A DNA stretch of 48,230 nucleotides from an uncultured Dehalococcoidia bacterium. Lineage in GTDB: Bacteria > Chloroflexota > Dehalococcoidia > Lucifugimonadales > UBA3495. Made by a program: the position numbers and the translations under genes. Positions 9,503-19,449 of this stretch are shown one piece after another. The DNA lies in the NCBI GenBank assembly GCA_950072105.1, contig CATMOE010000026.1, positions 1 to 48,230 of the forward strand, read 5' to 3'. How positions within the stretch are numbered: position 1 is the stretch's first letter; each line of letters opens with the position of its first letter. The notes beneath the pieces are model-generated. The model did not search any database, was not told where the DNA came from, and worked only from the letters and a program-made list of their open reading frames with translations.

Positions 9503-9931
9503 CTAAGTGAGCACCTGCCACTCGTGGACTAACTGGCCGGTACTCGTCGCCTCAAATATCATCTCCACCGGCGCTCCAACGGGGACCTCTCCCGGCGGAG
9601 TACCCGGAAGGTTGGACAAGAAGTTGATGCCCGGGTCTTCGTCCAAGGTTATCACCGCAAAGTTGATGGGCTGCGCCGATCGGAACCCTCTGATACGAGA
9701 GTCGCGTATCACGAAGTACACGTCTATGTGTCCCTTACCTTGCACCTCTTTCCATTCCAGCTTGTCGGCCGAGCCACACTCGTTGCACCGCTGGGCGGGA
9801 GGATACTGCAGCTTCTCGCATTCGGTGCAGATCTGCAAGACCAAACGCCGCTCGTTGCAGGCGTCCCAGAAAGGCTTCGTTAGATCATTGGGAACCGGGG
9901 CAGGTCTCTCCAGGCCTGGGATCGTTGACAT
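9503..9931 (-). CDS. DUF35 Zn-ribbon/OB-fold protein (ChsH2-like thiolase partner)
   Basis: PFWDACNERRLVLQICTEC..YPP..CNEC (two CxxC motifs), V.VGAPVEMIF. Confidence 0.9.
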   Translation of the reverse strand: MSTIPGLERPAPVPNDLTKPFWDACNERRLVLQICTECEKLQYPPAQRCNECGSADKLEWKEVQGKGHIDVYFVIRDSRIRGFRSAQPINFAVITLDEDPGINFLSNLPGTPPGEVPVGAPVEMIFEATSTGQLVHEWQVLT

Positions 9932-10048
9932 AGGTCTCCCCTTTTTCGGATTCTTGTTAACTTACGTTCTTGGCGTCCTTATCATACAACGCCCGCCTAG
10001 GCGATGCGGGCCAACTGAAGTGCCGCGATCGATTTCCAAGCTTCGCCA

Positions 10049-10912
10049 CTATCGGCCCGATATGCGCCGGCCCTCCGCCAGCCCGGGGTTGGACTTTACC
10101 GGCGAGGTGATGATGATGCGAAAGCCTTGCTCTAGGCGCATCGAAACCTCTTCGGCGGTTGCCCCGGTGGCACAGGGCACCCCGGCATTCTTACAGGCCT
10201 CCAGTATCCTAAGCAGATTGGCTTGGACGTCGGGATGGGACGAATCTCCACGGTGGCCCATGGCCACGGACATGTCCCCCGGTCCCGCCCAGATCGCCCC
10301 GATGCCTTTTTCCTGCTTCAGTATATCCGGTAGGTTGTTGACTCCCTCCGGCTCTTCAACGATGCCTATCAATAGCATGTTGCCGTCAGGGTCTAAGGGC
10401 CACAGGTCCGCGGCGTCATAGTATTCCTGGGCGGTCAAGCCCCAGTAGCGCGGGGCGATGCGCTGCCACCAGCCACGCTGCCCTTCTGGCTCAAAGTCGG
10501 CCACTCCCGGCACCTGGGGATACCGGGCTGCCACCACTGCCGCGTGGGCATCTTCTACGGTGTTGAGGTGGGGTAGCACCAGCCCGTATACTCCGGTGTC
10601 CAGCGCCTGTTTGATCACCCATTGGCTGGTCTCTCTTGAGTTTGGCGGTATCCGCACAAATGGCACCGGGTCGGCTTGGAGGGTACCGCTTCCCGAGATG
10701 CGCTTGCGGTTCAGTATGAACTGGAGTGAGGTCCGCAGGTTATTGAAGCTGAAGCCTTCGTGCTCCATCTCCATGATCACCATGTCGTAGTCGGCGTCCG
10801 CTACGTAGGTCAGATCATCCAGATTTCCATTCCACACCAGCCCAGAGCAAAACACCGGCTTTCCCTGTTCTAGTAGATCGATTACCTTGTTGTATCGAAT
10901 TTCTCCCGCCAT
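10049..10912 (-). CDS. HpcH/HpaI aldolase family protein
   Basis: EMEH, PFVRIP, KQALDTG..GLVLP, G.RG, IVEEPEGVNNLPDI, GPGDMSVAMG. Start placed at ATG 10912 after a GGAGGA RBS. Confidence 0.9.
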   Translation of the reverse strand: MAGEIRYNKVIDLLEQGKPVFCSGLVWNGNLDDLTYVADADYDMVIMEMEHEGFSFNNLRTSLQFILNRKRISGSGTLQADPVPFVRIPPNSRETSQWVIKQALDTGVYGLVLPHLNTVEDAHAAVVAARYPQVPGVADFEPEGQRGWWQRIAPRYWGLTAQEYYDAADLWPLDPDGNMLLIGIVEEPEGVNNLPDILKQEKGIGAIWAGPGDMSVAMGHRGDSSHPDVQANLLRILEACKNAGVPCATGATAEEVSMRLEQGFRIIITSPVKSNPGLAEGRRISGR

Positions 10913-11143
10913 GACTATCCTCCGTTCCTTGTGTCCTACCAGATCCGCCATTCCCGAAAGCGATGTACGATGTACTCTGATTGAACCCGGACTAGCAGCC
11001 CATTTCGCGCGCGGCGGTAATTATAGCGAGTTCGGCATCATGATTGAAGAAAGGATATAGGCATCGTAAACAGTCGCTGAGGTCATCTGAACATCGAGCG
11101 GCTTCGGGCGCATACATATGCATCGACCGAGGTGCGGCGATGC

Positions 11144-13822
11144 TTACACGGAACCCTTCTCTTCTAGGACGGCCAATTCCGCTTTTGATAGTCCTAATTC
11201 CCCGCACAGGACCTCTTCGTTGTGCTCCCCGATGAGGGGCGCCCGCCGGGATATTCTCCAGGGCGATCCGTTGAAGATGGCCGCTGAACCGGTGTGTCGG
11301 AACGTCTTGCCAAGTTCAGGGTACTCTACATCCGTCCAGAACGCCCGGTCCTCCAGGTGTGGGTCCTGCATGACCTCATCGGGTGAACGGATCGCCCCCG
11401 CGTTGGAGCCATGCTTCTGTAAGCCATGGTAGGCTTCGTCCCGTGTGAGGTTGGCGAGGAAGTTTGCAAAAATTTCGCGAATATGTGACTGGTTCTCGGC
11501 GATCACCCCTGGGTCCTGGTATTTCTCATCAAGTAAGTCGCTCGCCAAGCCGTGTTCATCCATCCAAGCCGCAAGCATCAACACCCGCTCCAGCGTGATC
11601 TGACCCACATTCACGTATTTTCCATCCTTACATAAGACCTGTGCGTTGGGCCCAGTGGCGCTGTTGCCGCCTCCAGTTCTTCGAGGGACTACGTTTCCCG
11701 TATAGATGTACTGGTTGACATGGCCCTCGGTCGTAAGCGCGCATGCATCATGTACGGCCGCGTCTATGTACTGCCCACGGCCCGTCACAGATCGATTAAC
11801 CAGCGCCGCGGCAATGGCGATGTAGGCGTAGTGACTTCCCATGTGCCAGGCTTGCCCTCCTCCGGGCGCGATGGGCGGCGCATCTGGCACGACCTCGTCG
11901 TCATATCCACACCTGGCCATCTGTCCGCCCGCCGCCAGGTGCAACAGGTCGCTGGTCTGGTAGTCCTTCCACGGCCCCGTTTGCCCAAAGGGTGTCAGTG
12001 AGCACATGATCAACCTAGGGTTGTTTTTCTTAAGTTCTTCATACCCCAGCCCTAGGGCGGCCATATAACCGGGACTGAAGGTCTCTAGAATCACATCCGC
12101 CTTCTCCGCCATCTTCCGGAACAGCCGGCGCCCGTCCTCGGTCTCCAGGTCCAGAGTGATCCCGCGTTTGGAGGTGTTGTAGTGCCAGAAGTAAAGGCTC
12201 CTTTCCTTGTTCGGTATGTCCTGGTAGAAGGGCCCCACGTTCCGTGCCGCCTCGCCACCGGGCGGCTCTATCTTGATGACGTCCGCTCCCATGTCAGCCA
12301 TCTGCTTGCCACACCACTGCCCCTTCTCATCGGCCAGCTCCAGCACCCGCAGCCCGCCAAAGGCTCCCGCTCCCGGAGTTCGCGCCGGCGCCGGACCGGG
12401 ATTTGCCATGGGCTCGTTCCCGTCCCACCGTACTAGGGTAGGATCCTCCATCATCTTCTTGAAATACGGATATTCATCCATACTGAGGTCCTTCGGCCAG
12501 AAAGTCCCGTCTTCGAAACCGTTCACCAACTCCTCGTGGCTGATACCTAACAGCCCTTCAAAGACTTCTTTGTTGTGTCCGCCGATCAGGGGCCCGGGCC
12601 GGCTGTTGAACGCAGGTGTCTCAGACATCTTGAATGGGGCGTTCTGAAGAGGCCAGGTCCCCAGCGCGGGATGCTCTACGTCCCGGTACATCTCTCGATG
12701 CCTAAGTTGTGGATCGTTGTCCACCCGGTCTTGGCTATTCTGAACGGGCGTGGCGGCAACTCCCGCCGCCTGACACTGTTCCATGATCTCGTACTTGCCC
12801 AGAGTTTTCGTCCACGCCTCTATCCCCTGGTCCATCTCTTCCTGGTGCTCCAGGCGGCCTTCAAGCGTGGCAAACTTCTCGCCGTTGGCCCAACTGGGAG
12901 AGCCCATCGCACCCACCAACCTCCGCCACTCATCGTCTGAGCGGCAGACGATGGCGCACCAGTCGTTGTACTCTCCTGGACTGGTCTTATAGGCGTTGTG
13001 CGGTGCTACGGTAAGTCCCCGGTAGTTGTTCACCAGGGGTGTGCCGGGCCAGTGAGCGCGGTTGCCCGGCGGGTAACCCGTTCGGACGGTGGACCGCTCG
13101 TTGGCCTGGATGTCTAAGAAGGCAGCGCCATTAAGGGGGACGCCGATGATCCATTGGGAACTGTCGACATGCTGCCCCTGACCAGTCATGTTGCGATGGT
13201 AAATCGCGCTCAGGGCATACATGGCCCCGAATAGGCCGCCCGTGTCGTCCAAATAGGACCAGCCCCAGCCGGCGGGCGGCTTATCCGGCAGGCCCGACGT
13301 GTAAGTCAGGCCGGACAGGGCTTGTGCGATCGCTCCCATGGTTTGATAGTCTCTGTCACGACCCGTGTGGCCGAAGCCGGACATGGAGAGGTAGATGATG
13401 TCAGGACGGAGCTTCTTCATATCCTCATAGCCGAGACCCCACCGCTCCAATACCCCGTAGGCGAAGTTCTCGATGACGATGTCGGACATGGCTACCAAGC
13501 GCCGAGTAAGGTCGATGCCTCGGGGCGTGCGAGTATTCAGGGTGACGCTTAGCTTGTTGGAGTTGGTGTCGCTGAAATGGCCGTTGGTGTTCAGGTTAGC
13601 GGGCAAGCCTTCGGGTGTACCAGCTCCCGTCGCGATGTTATTGCCGCGAGTATTTGGGCTCCGGGGCCACTCAACCTTGATAACCTCGGCTCCCAGCGCC
13701 CCCAGCCATCGTGTGCACCATGGACCCGCCCGGACCCAGGTGAAGTCCAACACTCGGATTCCCGACAAAGCTCCAGGTGGAATTGTCGATGTTGCTTCGG
13801 CCCGCTCTGTTGAATCACTCAT
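11144..13822 (-). CDS. Two-domain class III CoA-transferase (BbsF-like + BbsE-like fusion)
   Basis: Domain 1: LSGIRVLDFTWVRAGP..YLDDTGG. Domain 2: GLRVLELADEKGQWCGK.MADMGADVIKIEPPGG..YNTSKRGITLDL. Confidence 0.9.
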   Translation of the reverse strand: MSDSTERAEATSTIPPGALSGIRVLDFTWVRAGPWCTRWLGALGAEVIKVEWPRSPNTRGNNIATGAGTPEGLPANLNTNGHFSDTNSNKLSVTLNTRTPRGIDLTRRLVAMSDIVIENFAYGVLERWGLGYEDMKKLRPDIIYLSMSGFGHTGRDRDYQTMGAIAQALSGLTYTSGLPDKPPAGWGWSYLDDTGGLFGAMYALSAIYHRNMTGQGQHVDSSQWIIGVPLNGAAFLDIQANERSTVRTGYPPGNRAHWPGTPLVNNYRGLTVAPHNAYKTSPGEYNDWCAIVCRSDDEWRRLVGAMGSPSWANGEKFATLEGRLEHQEEMDQGIEAWTKTLGKYEIMEQCQAAGVAATPVQNSQDRVDNDPQLRHREMYRDVEHPALGTWPLQNAPFKMSETPAFNSRPGPLIGGHNKEVFEGLLGISHEELVNGFEDGTFWPKDLSMDEYPYFKKMMEDPTLVRWDGNEPMANPGPAPARTPGAGAFGGLRVLELADEKGQWCGKQMADMGADVIKIEPPGGEAARNVGPFYQDIPNKERSLYFWHYNTSKRGITLDLETEDGRRLFRKMAEKADVILETFSPGYMAALGLGYEELKKNNPRLIMCSLTPFGQTGPWKDYQTSDLLHLAAGGQMARCGYDDEVVPDAPPIAPGGGQAWHMGSHYAYIAIAAALVNRSVTGRGQYIDAAVHDACALTTEGHVNQYIYTGNVVPRRTGGGNSATGPNAQVLCKDGKYVNVGQITLERVLMLAAWMDEHGLASDLLDEKYQDPGVIAENQSHIREIFANFLANLTRDEAYHGLQKHGSNAGAIRSPDEVMQDPHLEDRAFWTDVEYPELGKTFRHTGSAAIFNGSPWRISRRAPLIGEHNEEVLCGELGLSKAELAVLEEKGSV

Positions 13823-13967
13823 GTTGGGATGTTACGTCGGAGGAGACTAATTGTCGACAGCCTCCGGCCGGTGCAGAAGACAGCGTAACCGGCCTCCTGG
13901 TTTCCATGATCCGAGACCCTATGGTAGACTCCCGCTATTCGACGCAGTCTGTCCAGGAGCGACGCCC

Positions 13968-14801
13968 ATGATCATCGACACCCACACCCACGTGGTCAGC
14001 AGCGACAAGGTCAAGCACCCCCTCGACCCCGGCGCACGGGGATGGTCCACCGAGGTAAGCAACGATGCCGAAGACCTGATCTCGGAGATGGACAGGGCCG
14101 GCGTGGAGTGCGCCACTTTGGTGCAACCCGCCGGTACTTACGGTCTCGATAACATCTACCAGTGCGACAGCGCCAAGCAGTACGCCCCTCGTACCGTAGC
14201 CGTCGGGATCCTGGACCCGGCCGCGCCCGATGCCGCGGACAAACTCTCTTATTGGGTGAACGAGCATGGCATGAATGGCGTCCGCCTCCTGAGTCAGGCC
14301 GAGCCCGACGATTCCCGTTGCGACACTCTCTGGGACCGCGCCGAATCACTCGGCGTCCCGATCTCCATCGGCGGCGGCGGTCAGCCGGAGAAGATCGACC
14401 GGATGCGGAACGTGGCTGCCCGGCATCCCAACGTCATCTTTGCCCCGGACCACTTCGCCGGATGGAGTGGCGCCGAGGACAAGGCTGCTATGACGGCCGC
14501 CCTGGAAGACTTGGCCAAGCTGTCCAACGCCTACCTGCGTATTTCCAGCACCAGCCTCGGCCCTTACTCCGGCCTGACAGAGGCCGACAAGGAGCTGTTC
14601 AGGCGCGTCATTGAAGCCTTTACGCCCCAGCGCGTGATGTGGGGCTCCAACTTCCCCTCTTCCCGCGAAGGCGGTTATATCGGCCAGGTGCAACTCGGCC
14701 AAGCGGCGCTGTCTTGGCTATCCGGCGATGACCGCAACTGGATCATGGGTGAGACCGCCCACAAGCTCTGGCCGATGCTGCAGGCGTCAGCCAGGGCGTA
14801 G
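13968..14801 (+). CDS. Amidohydrolase_2 family metal hydrolase (lactonase-like)
   Basis: MIIDTHTHV, LVQP..YG.DN.Y, GVRL, DHFA, RVMWGSNFP. AGGAG RBS before ATG 13968. Confidence 0.85.
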   Translation: MIIDTHTHVVSSDKVKHPLDPGARGWSTEVSNDAEDLISEMDRAGVECATLVQPAGTYGLDNIYQCDSAKQYAPRTVAVGILDPAAPDAADKLSYWVNEHGMNGVRLLSQAEPDDSRCDTLWDRAESLGVPISIGGGGQPEKIDRMRNVAARHPNVIFAPDHFAGWSGAEDKAAMTAALEDLAKLSNAYLRISSTSLGPYSGLTEADKELFRRVIEAFTPQRVMWGSNFPSSREGGYIGQVQLGQAALSWLSGDDRNWIMGETAHKLWPMLQASARA

Positions 14802-14832
14802 ATTCCCACAAGTTCACGCACCGGAGGTCCCG

Positions 14833-16779
14833 ATGGCCGTTCCCACCGAATCCCAACTAAACGCAGCTACCCTCACTCCAGCGCGGCATCCCTTGGACCC
14901 CCTGACACCCAAAGAGATCGCCGAAGCTGCGGCAATCCTGAAAACCCAGCGTGATCTGGGCGCCAGAGTGAGGTTCGAGACTATCGTTCTCCAAGAACCT
15001 GCGAAGGAGACGGTGCTCAACTTCCGGACCGGGGACCCGATCCAGAGGGAGGCGTTTATCGTCATCCTGGACAACGACGCTGGAGCCACCTACGAAGCCG
15101 TTATATCCCTTGATCAGGGGAAGGTGACCTCGTGGAAGCACATCCCCGGTGTGCAGCCCAGAATCATGTTTGACGAGTTCGGGGACTGCGAAGCAGCTGT
15201 AAAAGCCAACCCCGAATTTCAAGCGGCCATCAAAAAGCGAGGTATCACCAACTCCGACCTGGTAATGGTAGACCCTTGGTCGGCGGGTAACTATGGTTTC
15301 GAGGAAGAGGAGGGACGCCGCCTGGTACTGGCCCGTAGCTTTCTCCGGTCAAGCCCCACCGACAACGGCTACGCCCGTCCGATAGAAGGAGTTACCGCCG
15401 TCGTTGACCTCAACAGCATGGAAGTGGTCAGAGTGGACGACTTTGGCGTGGTCCCTATACCGCCCAATCCCGGCAATTACGCTTCCGAATTTGTGGGCGA
15501 GTTTCGAAAGGACCTCAAACCATTAGAGATCGCCCAACCCGAAGGCACTAGCATCCAGGTTGACGGGTACGGCGTCATCTGGCAGAAGTGGCATCTGCGT
15601 ATCGGTTTCACTCCCCGGGAAGGCCTGGTGATCCACAATACCGGCTACGAAGATCAGGGTCGAGTCCGGCCCATCGTCTACCGGGCCTCTCTTTCAGACA
15701 TGGTCGTTCCCTACGGTGACCCCAGCAAGGACCACTACCGCAAGAACGCCTTCGACGCCGGCGAGTACGGCATCGGCACGCTGGCCAACTCCCTTACCCT
15801 CGGCTGCGACTGCCTGGGGGAGATCCACTATTTCGACGCTGTGATGAATGACGGCCGCGGCGGTGTGGTGACCATCCCCAACGCGGTTTGCTTGCATGAA
15901 GAAGACTACGGCATCCTGTGGAAGCACAGCGACTGGCGTACGGGCCAGACCGAGGTGCGGCGCTCGAGGCGTCTCGTAGTGTCCAGCATTTCTACGGTCG
16001 GCAATTACGAGTACGGGTTCTTCTGGTACTTCTACCAGGATGGCACGATACAGTTGGAAGTGAAATTGACCGGCATCGTAAATACCGCGGCGGTGCCTGC
16101 CGGCGAGACACCCAAGTACGGGACGCTGGTGGCGCCTCAGCTCCACGCTCACATCCACCAGCACTTTTTCAACTTCCGCCTCGACATGAGCGTGGACGGC
16201 GAGGACAACTCTGTGTGCGAAGTGAACACGGTGTCCGAGCCCATCGGGCCGGACAATCCACACGGGAACGCTTTCTTCGCTGAGGCTACGCTGTTCAAGA
16301 CGGAGTTGGAGGCCCAGCGGGTCATCGACCCGATGAGCGGCCGCTATTGGATGGTCTCCAATCCCTCGGTCACCAACGCTCTGGGGCAACCGGTGAGCTA
16401 CAAGCTTATGCCTGGGGATAATATCCTGCCCTTCGCCCACCCCAGTGCCAGCATTATCAAACGCGCCGGGTTTATGACCAAGCACTTGTGGGTCACACCT
16501 TATGACCCGGATGAGATTACAGCCACCGGGCCTTACCCTAACCAGCATCCCGGTGGCGCGGGCCTGCCCGAGTACACAGCGGCTGGCCGGAATATCGAGA
16601 ATACGGATCTGGTGCTTTGGTACACCCTCGGCTACCATCACGTGCCCCGTCCCGAGGACTGGCCGGTATCGCCGGTGGCCTACTGCGGGTTCATGCTGAA
16701 ACCTGTGGGGTTCTTCGATACCAATCCGGTATTGGACGTGCCGCCTTCGGCCCACCACAACGGTGCATGTCATGCCTGA
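14833..16779 (+). CDS. tynA: Copper/TPQ primary amine oxidase (cytoplasmic, Arthrobacter-type)
   Basis: HPLDPLT, FDAGEYG, LGCDCLG, TVGNYEY (TPQ consensus), HIHQH and HHVPRPEDWP copper ligands. GGAGG RBS before ATG 14833. Confidence 0.95.
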   Translation: MAVPTESQLNAATLTPARHPLDPLTPKEIAEAAAILKTQRDLGARVRFETIVLQEPAKETVLNFRTGDPIQREAFIVILDNDAGATYEAVISLDQGKVTSWKHIPGVQPRIMFDEFGDCEAAVKANPEFQAAIKKRGITNSDLVMVDPWSAGNYGFEEEEGRRLVLARSFLRSSPTDNGYARPIEGVTAVVDLNSMEVVRVDDFGVVPIPPNPGNYASEFVGEFRKDLKPLEIAQPEGTSIQVDGYGVIWQKWHLRIGFTPREGLVIHNTGYEDQGRVRPIVYRASLSDMVVPYGDPSKDHYRKNAFDAGEYGIGTLANSLTLGCDCLGEIHYFDAVMNDGRGGVVTIPNAVCLHEEDYGILWKHSDWRTGQTEVRRSRRLVVSSISTVGNYEYGFFWYFYQDGTIQLEVKLTGIVNTAAVPAGETPKYGTLVAPQLHAHIHQHFFNFRLDMSVDGEDNSVCEVNTVSEPIGPDNPHGNAFFAEATLFKTELEAQRVIDPMSGRYWMVSNPSVTNALGQPVSYKLMPGDNILPFAHPSASIIKRAGFMTKHLWVTPYDPDEITATGPYPNQHPGGAGLPEYTAAGRNIENTDLVLWYTLGYHHVPRPEDWPVSPVAYCGFMLKPVGFFDTNPVLDVPPSAHHNGACHA

Positions 16780-16853
16780 TCGGAAACAACGTTAGGGGCG
16801 AGGCACATCGGTGCAACGATTAGCCTCGACACCCAGTGTTAAGGAATTGGCTT

Positions 16854-18095
16854 ATGAAGATCATCACTGGAGCAACCCTAATTGACGGCACAGGAAGACC
16901 TCCGAGAACAGACTCAGCGGTCCTGGTGACCGACGATGGCCGTATAGAGGCGGTCGGCCACCGAGAAGCGCTAGCAACCCCCGAAAATACGGAGGAAATC
17001 GATGCCACCGGCATGACGTTGCTGCCGGGCTTGATCGATTGCCACGACCACTTGAGCTCCTTCACCTACGATTTGATTGGAAGATGGGGATTGGCCGAAG
17101 CTCAAAGCCTTCGCCATCTGAGGATTGCAAAAGTAATGGAAGAGACATTGCTCACTGGATACACCACCATCCGGGACTGCGGCTGGCTGGACGTGGGATT
17201 CAAACAGGCTGTGGAGCAGGGCCTTATCGCTGGTCCTCGGCTATTGGTTGCCACTACTCCCCTGTCTCCCACCCACGGCATGGCTGACCGGTCCAGTCCG
17301 TCGGGCCACCACCAACCACCATCGCCGGACCCCAATTTGCCGGTGGGAATAGCCGATGGGGTGGACCAAGTGCGGGCCAAGGTGCGGGAGGTGGTGCGCG
17401 TTGGGGCGGATCTGGTCAAGGTATTCCAGACCGGCTGGGCAAGGCCCCATCATGGCTCCTTGGATGTGGCCTTCAACCGGGACGAACTCGCTGCCCTGGT
17501 AAGCGAATCCCACATCCACGGCCGGAAGGTGGCCAGCCACGCCGTCGGCGGCCCCGGACTCAGGATGTCCATAGAAGCAGGAGTGGACAGCATCGAGCAC
17601 GGGTCCTACTTGAACGAAGACCCGGATTTACTGCGGATGATGGCCGACAAGGGGATCTTCTTTGTTCCCACTTTCGTTGTTTTCATCTTCCACCGTGAAG
17701 TGGGCACACCCGAGGCCCAGGCCGAAGCTGGTGACTTTCGCCAACATCATGTTGAAAGCGTGCAAAAAGCTCTGGCCGCTGGCGTAAAGGTCGTAGCAGG
17801 TACCGACGCCGGTGGTTGGGTCCACGGAAACAACGCCCAAGAGCTTGAGTGCCTGGTAGATGCTGGCATGACACCGATGCAGGCCCTGGTTGCGGGCACT
17901 GGCTGGGCCGCCGAGTGCTGCGGTTTGGAAAAGCAAGTCGGTACGGTCCAGAAAGGGAAGTTCGCCGACCTGGTGGTCGTCGACGGCGATCCCTTGAAGG
18001 ACATCAGGGTCCTGCAAGACAAAACCCGCATCAAGTTGGTCATGAAGGAAGGGAAGGTGTACTCCAACCTGCTGGCCGAACAAACCGCGGGATGA
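16854..18095 (+). CDS. Metal-dependent amidohydrolase (Xaa-Pro dipeptidase/ochratoxinase-like)
   Basis: LLPGLIDCHDH, GYTTIRD.G, VKVF, ASHA, SIEHG, AGTDAG, GKFADLVVVDGDPL. Confidence 0.9.
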   Translation: MKIITGATLIDGTGRPPRTDSAVLVTDDGRIEAVGHREALATPENTEEIDATGMTLLPGLIDCHDHLSSFTYDLIGRWGLAEAQSLRHLRIAKVMEETLLTGYTTIRDCGWLDVGFKQAVEQGLIAGPRLLVATTPLSPTHGMADRSSPSGHHQPPSPDPNLPVGIADGVDQVRAKVREVVRVGADLVKVFQTGWARPHHGSLDVAFNRDELAALVSESHIHGRKVASHAVGGPGLRMSIEAGVDSIEHGSYLNEDPDLLRMMADKGIFFVPTFVVFIFHREVGTPEAQAEAGDFRQHHVESVQKALAAGVKVVAGTDAGGWVHGNNAQELECLVDAGMTPMQALVAGTGWAAECCGLEKQVGTVQKGKFADLVVVDGDPLKDIRVLQDKTRIKLVMKEGKVYSNLLAEQTAG

Positions 18096-18285
18096 CTGGA
18101 TGATAAGAGGTTATACCCTGCATTCCGGGCGTTGAAGGCCGTTGTTCAAGCTTGGAGGTTCACCAGAAGGACCTCCACCGGGGATATATATCGGTGCATT
18201 ACCCTGGTTAAGACTTCAGCCTCCATAAGCTCGGAAAGTTGGGAAAATAGTTCGGGTGAGGCATCACAGCGAGCAAGGAGTTTCG

Positions 18286-19383
18286 ATGGTAACCAGCCCA
18301 ATCCCACTGGTAAAGCAAGTAGGCCGAGTCCCGTCAATGACTGTCCCTCTGGACGCTGAGCAGGAGCGGAAGTTCCAGCGTTTGATGGAGGAGACGATAA
18401 TGATCGATCTCCATCAACATCCGATGGTGATGCCGGAGGACTTGGGCCGAAACTGGGAGTACCTCCGGGGCGATAGCTATACGTGGGGGTACGAGGCAGT
18501 ACGTCACGGGGGATTTACCGCGGTTGGGACAGCCAACGTCCACCGAGGCATGCTGAATACGAACGAGATGTCCTTCATCCGGTTCGCCGACCTATTGGAC
18601 GAGATCAGCATGATGCTGTCGGACATTGAGCGACATGACGAGGTGGTCAAGGTCAGCGATGCCGAGCAGATCGAGGCGGCGAAGCAGCAAGGCAAGGTAG
18701 GTTTTTTCCCCACGGTGGAGCACCTGGCCATCGGCAACGAGTTGCAGCTGGTGGACGTTCTCTACAACGCCGGCATCAGGCTGGCGGGGCTGACCTACCG
18801 GCGCAGGAGCTATATCGGGGACGGCCACGTAGAGCGAAACGACGGCGGGCTGAGTTTGTTCGGGATAGAGGTCGTCCAAAGGATGAACGAGCTCGGGATG
18901 GTGGTCGACCTGTCCCACGCGTCTTTTCGGACGGCGATGGACGCCATCGAGTTCTCCCAAGCCCCGGTCGCCTTCACCCACGACGGGTCCCACACTTTGG
19001 GCCAGCAACAGGGTGGTGGCGAGTACGCGGCGGGGAGGCTGAGGAAGGACGAGGAGTTGGTAGCATGCGCGCAAAAAGGCGGCATCGTCGGGGTCACCGT
19101 ACAACCATCGGTGATCCGCAGCTGGGGGATATCTGAGCTGAGCATCGAGAGCCTGCTGGATCACTACGATTATATGGTGAAGTTGTTGGGCATGGACCAC
19201 GTGGCCATAGGCACAGATTCCAGCATCGGGGTGACAAGCTCGGGCTCGATCAGTGGCCTCGAATCCCCTGCCGAAGGGAAGAACATTATCCGCGGTCTGA
19301 TCACCCGCGGCTATTCCGACGCCGACATCGTGAAGATCGCCGGTGGAAACGCTCTCGCCTTTTTCCGCCGCATTATGAGATAA
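18286..19383 (+). CDS. Membrane dipeptidase (peptidase M19) family protein
   Basis: IDLHQH, GIRLAGLTY, GLSLFG.EVV.RMNELGMVVDLSH, GG.VGV, DHVAIGTD, KIAGGNAL. AAGGAG RBS before ATG 18286. Confidence 0.85.
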   Translation: MVTSPIPLVKQVGRVPSMTVPLDAEQERKFQRLMEETIMIDLHQHPMVMPEDLGRNWEYLRGDSYTWGYEAVRHGGFTAVGTANVHRGMLNTNEMSFIRFADLLDEISMMLSDIERHDEVVKVSDAEQIEAAKQQGKVGFFPTVEHLAIGNELQLVDVLYNAGIRLAGLTYRRRSYIGDGHVERNDGGLSLFGIEVVQRMNELGMVVDLSHASFRTAMDAIEFSQAPVAFTHDGSHTLGQQQGGGEYAAGRLRKDEELVACAQKGGIVGVTVQPSVIRSWGISELSIESLLDHYDYMVKLLGMDHVAIGTDSSIGVTSSGSISGLESPAEGKNIIRGLITRGYSDADIVKIAGGNALAFFRRIMR

Positions 19384-19449
19384 GCCCAGCCGGGCGCCTT
19401 CAACACGACACGGACAATCTAGTGAAGGAGCCTACAAGAGGCTCTGGGG

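Noticed and set aside
15694..16773. Long antisense ORFs (also 40204-41325, 41517-42464, 2673-3452 and the alternative-strand 9507-10421)
   Set aside because: They are shadows of well-supported genes on the opposite strand in GC-rich DNA and carry no motifs.
18132..19403. GTTGAAGGC / GCCTTCAAC inverted 9-mers flanking the dipeptidase gene
   Set aside because: Too short, with no transposase or target duplication; compatible with chance.
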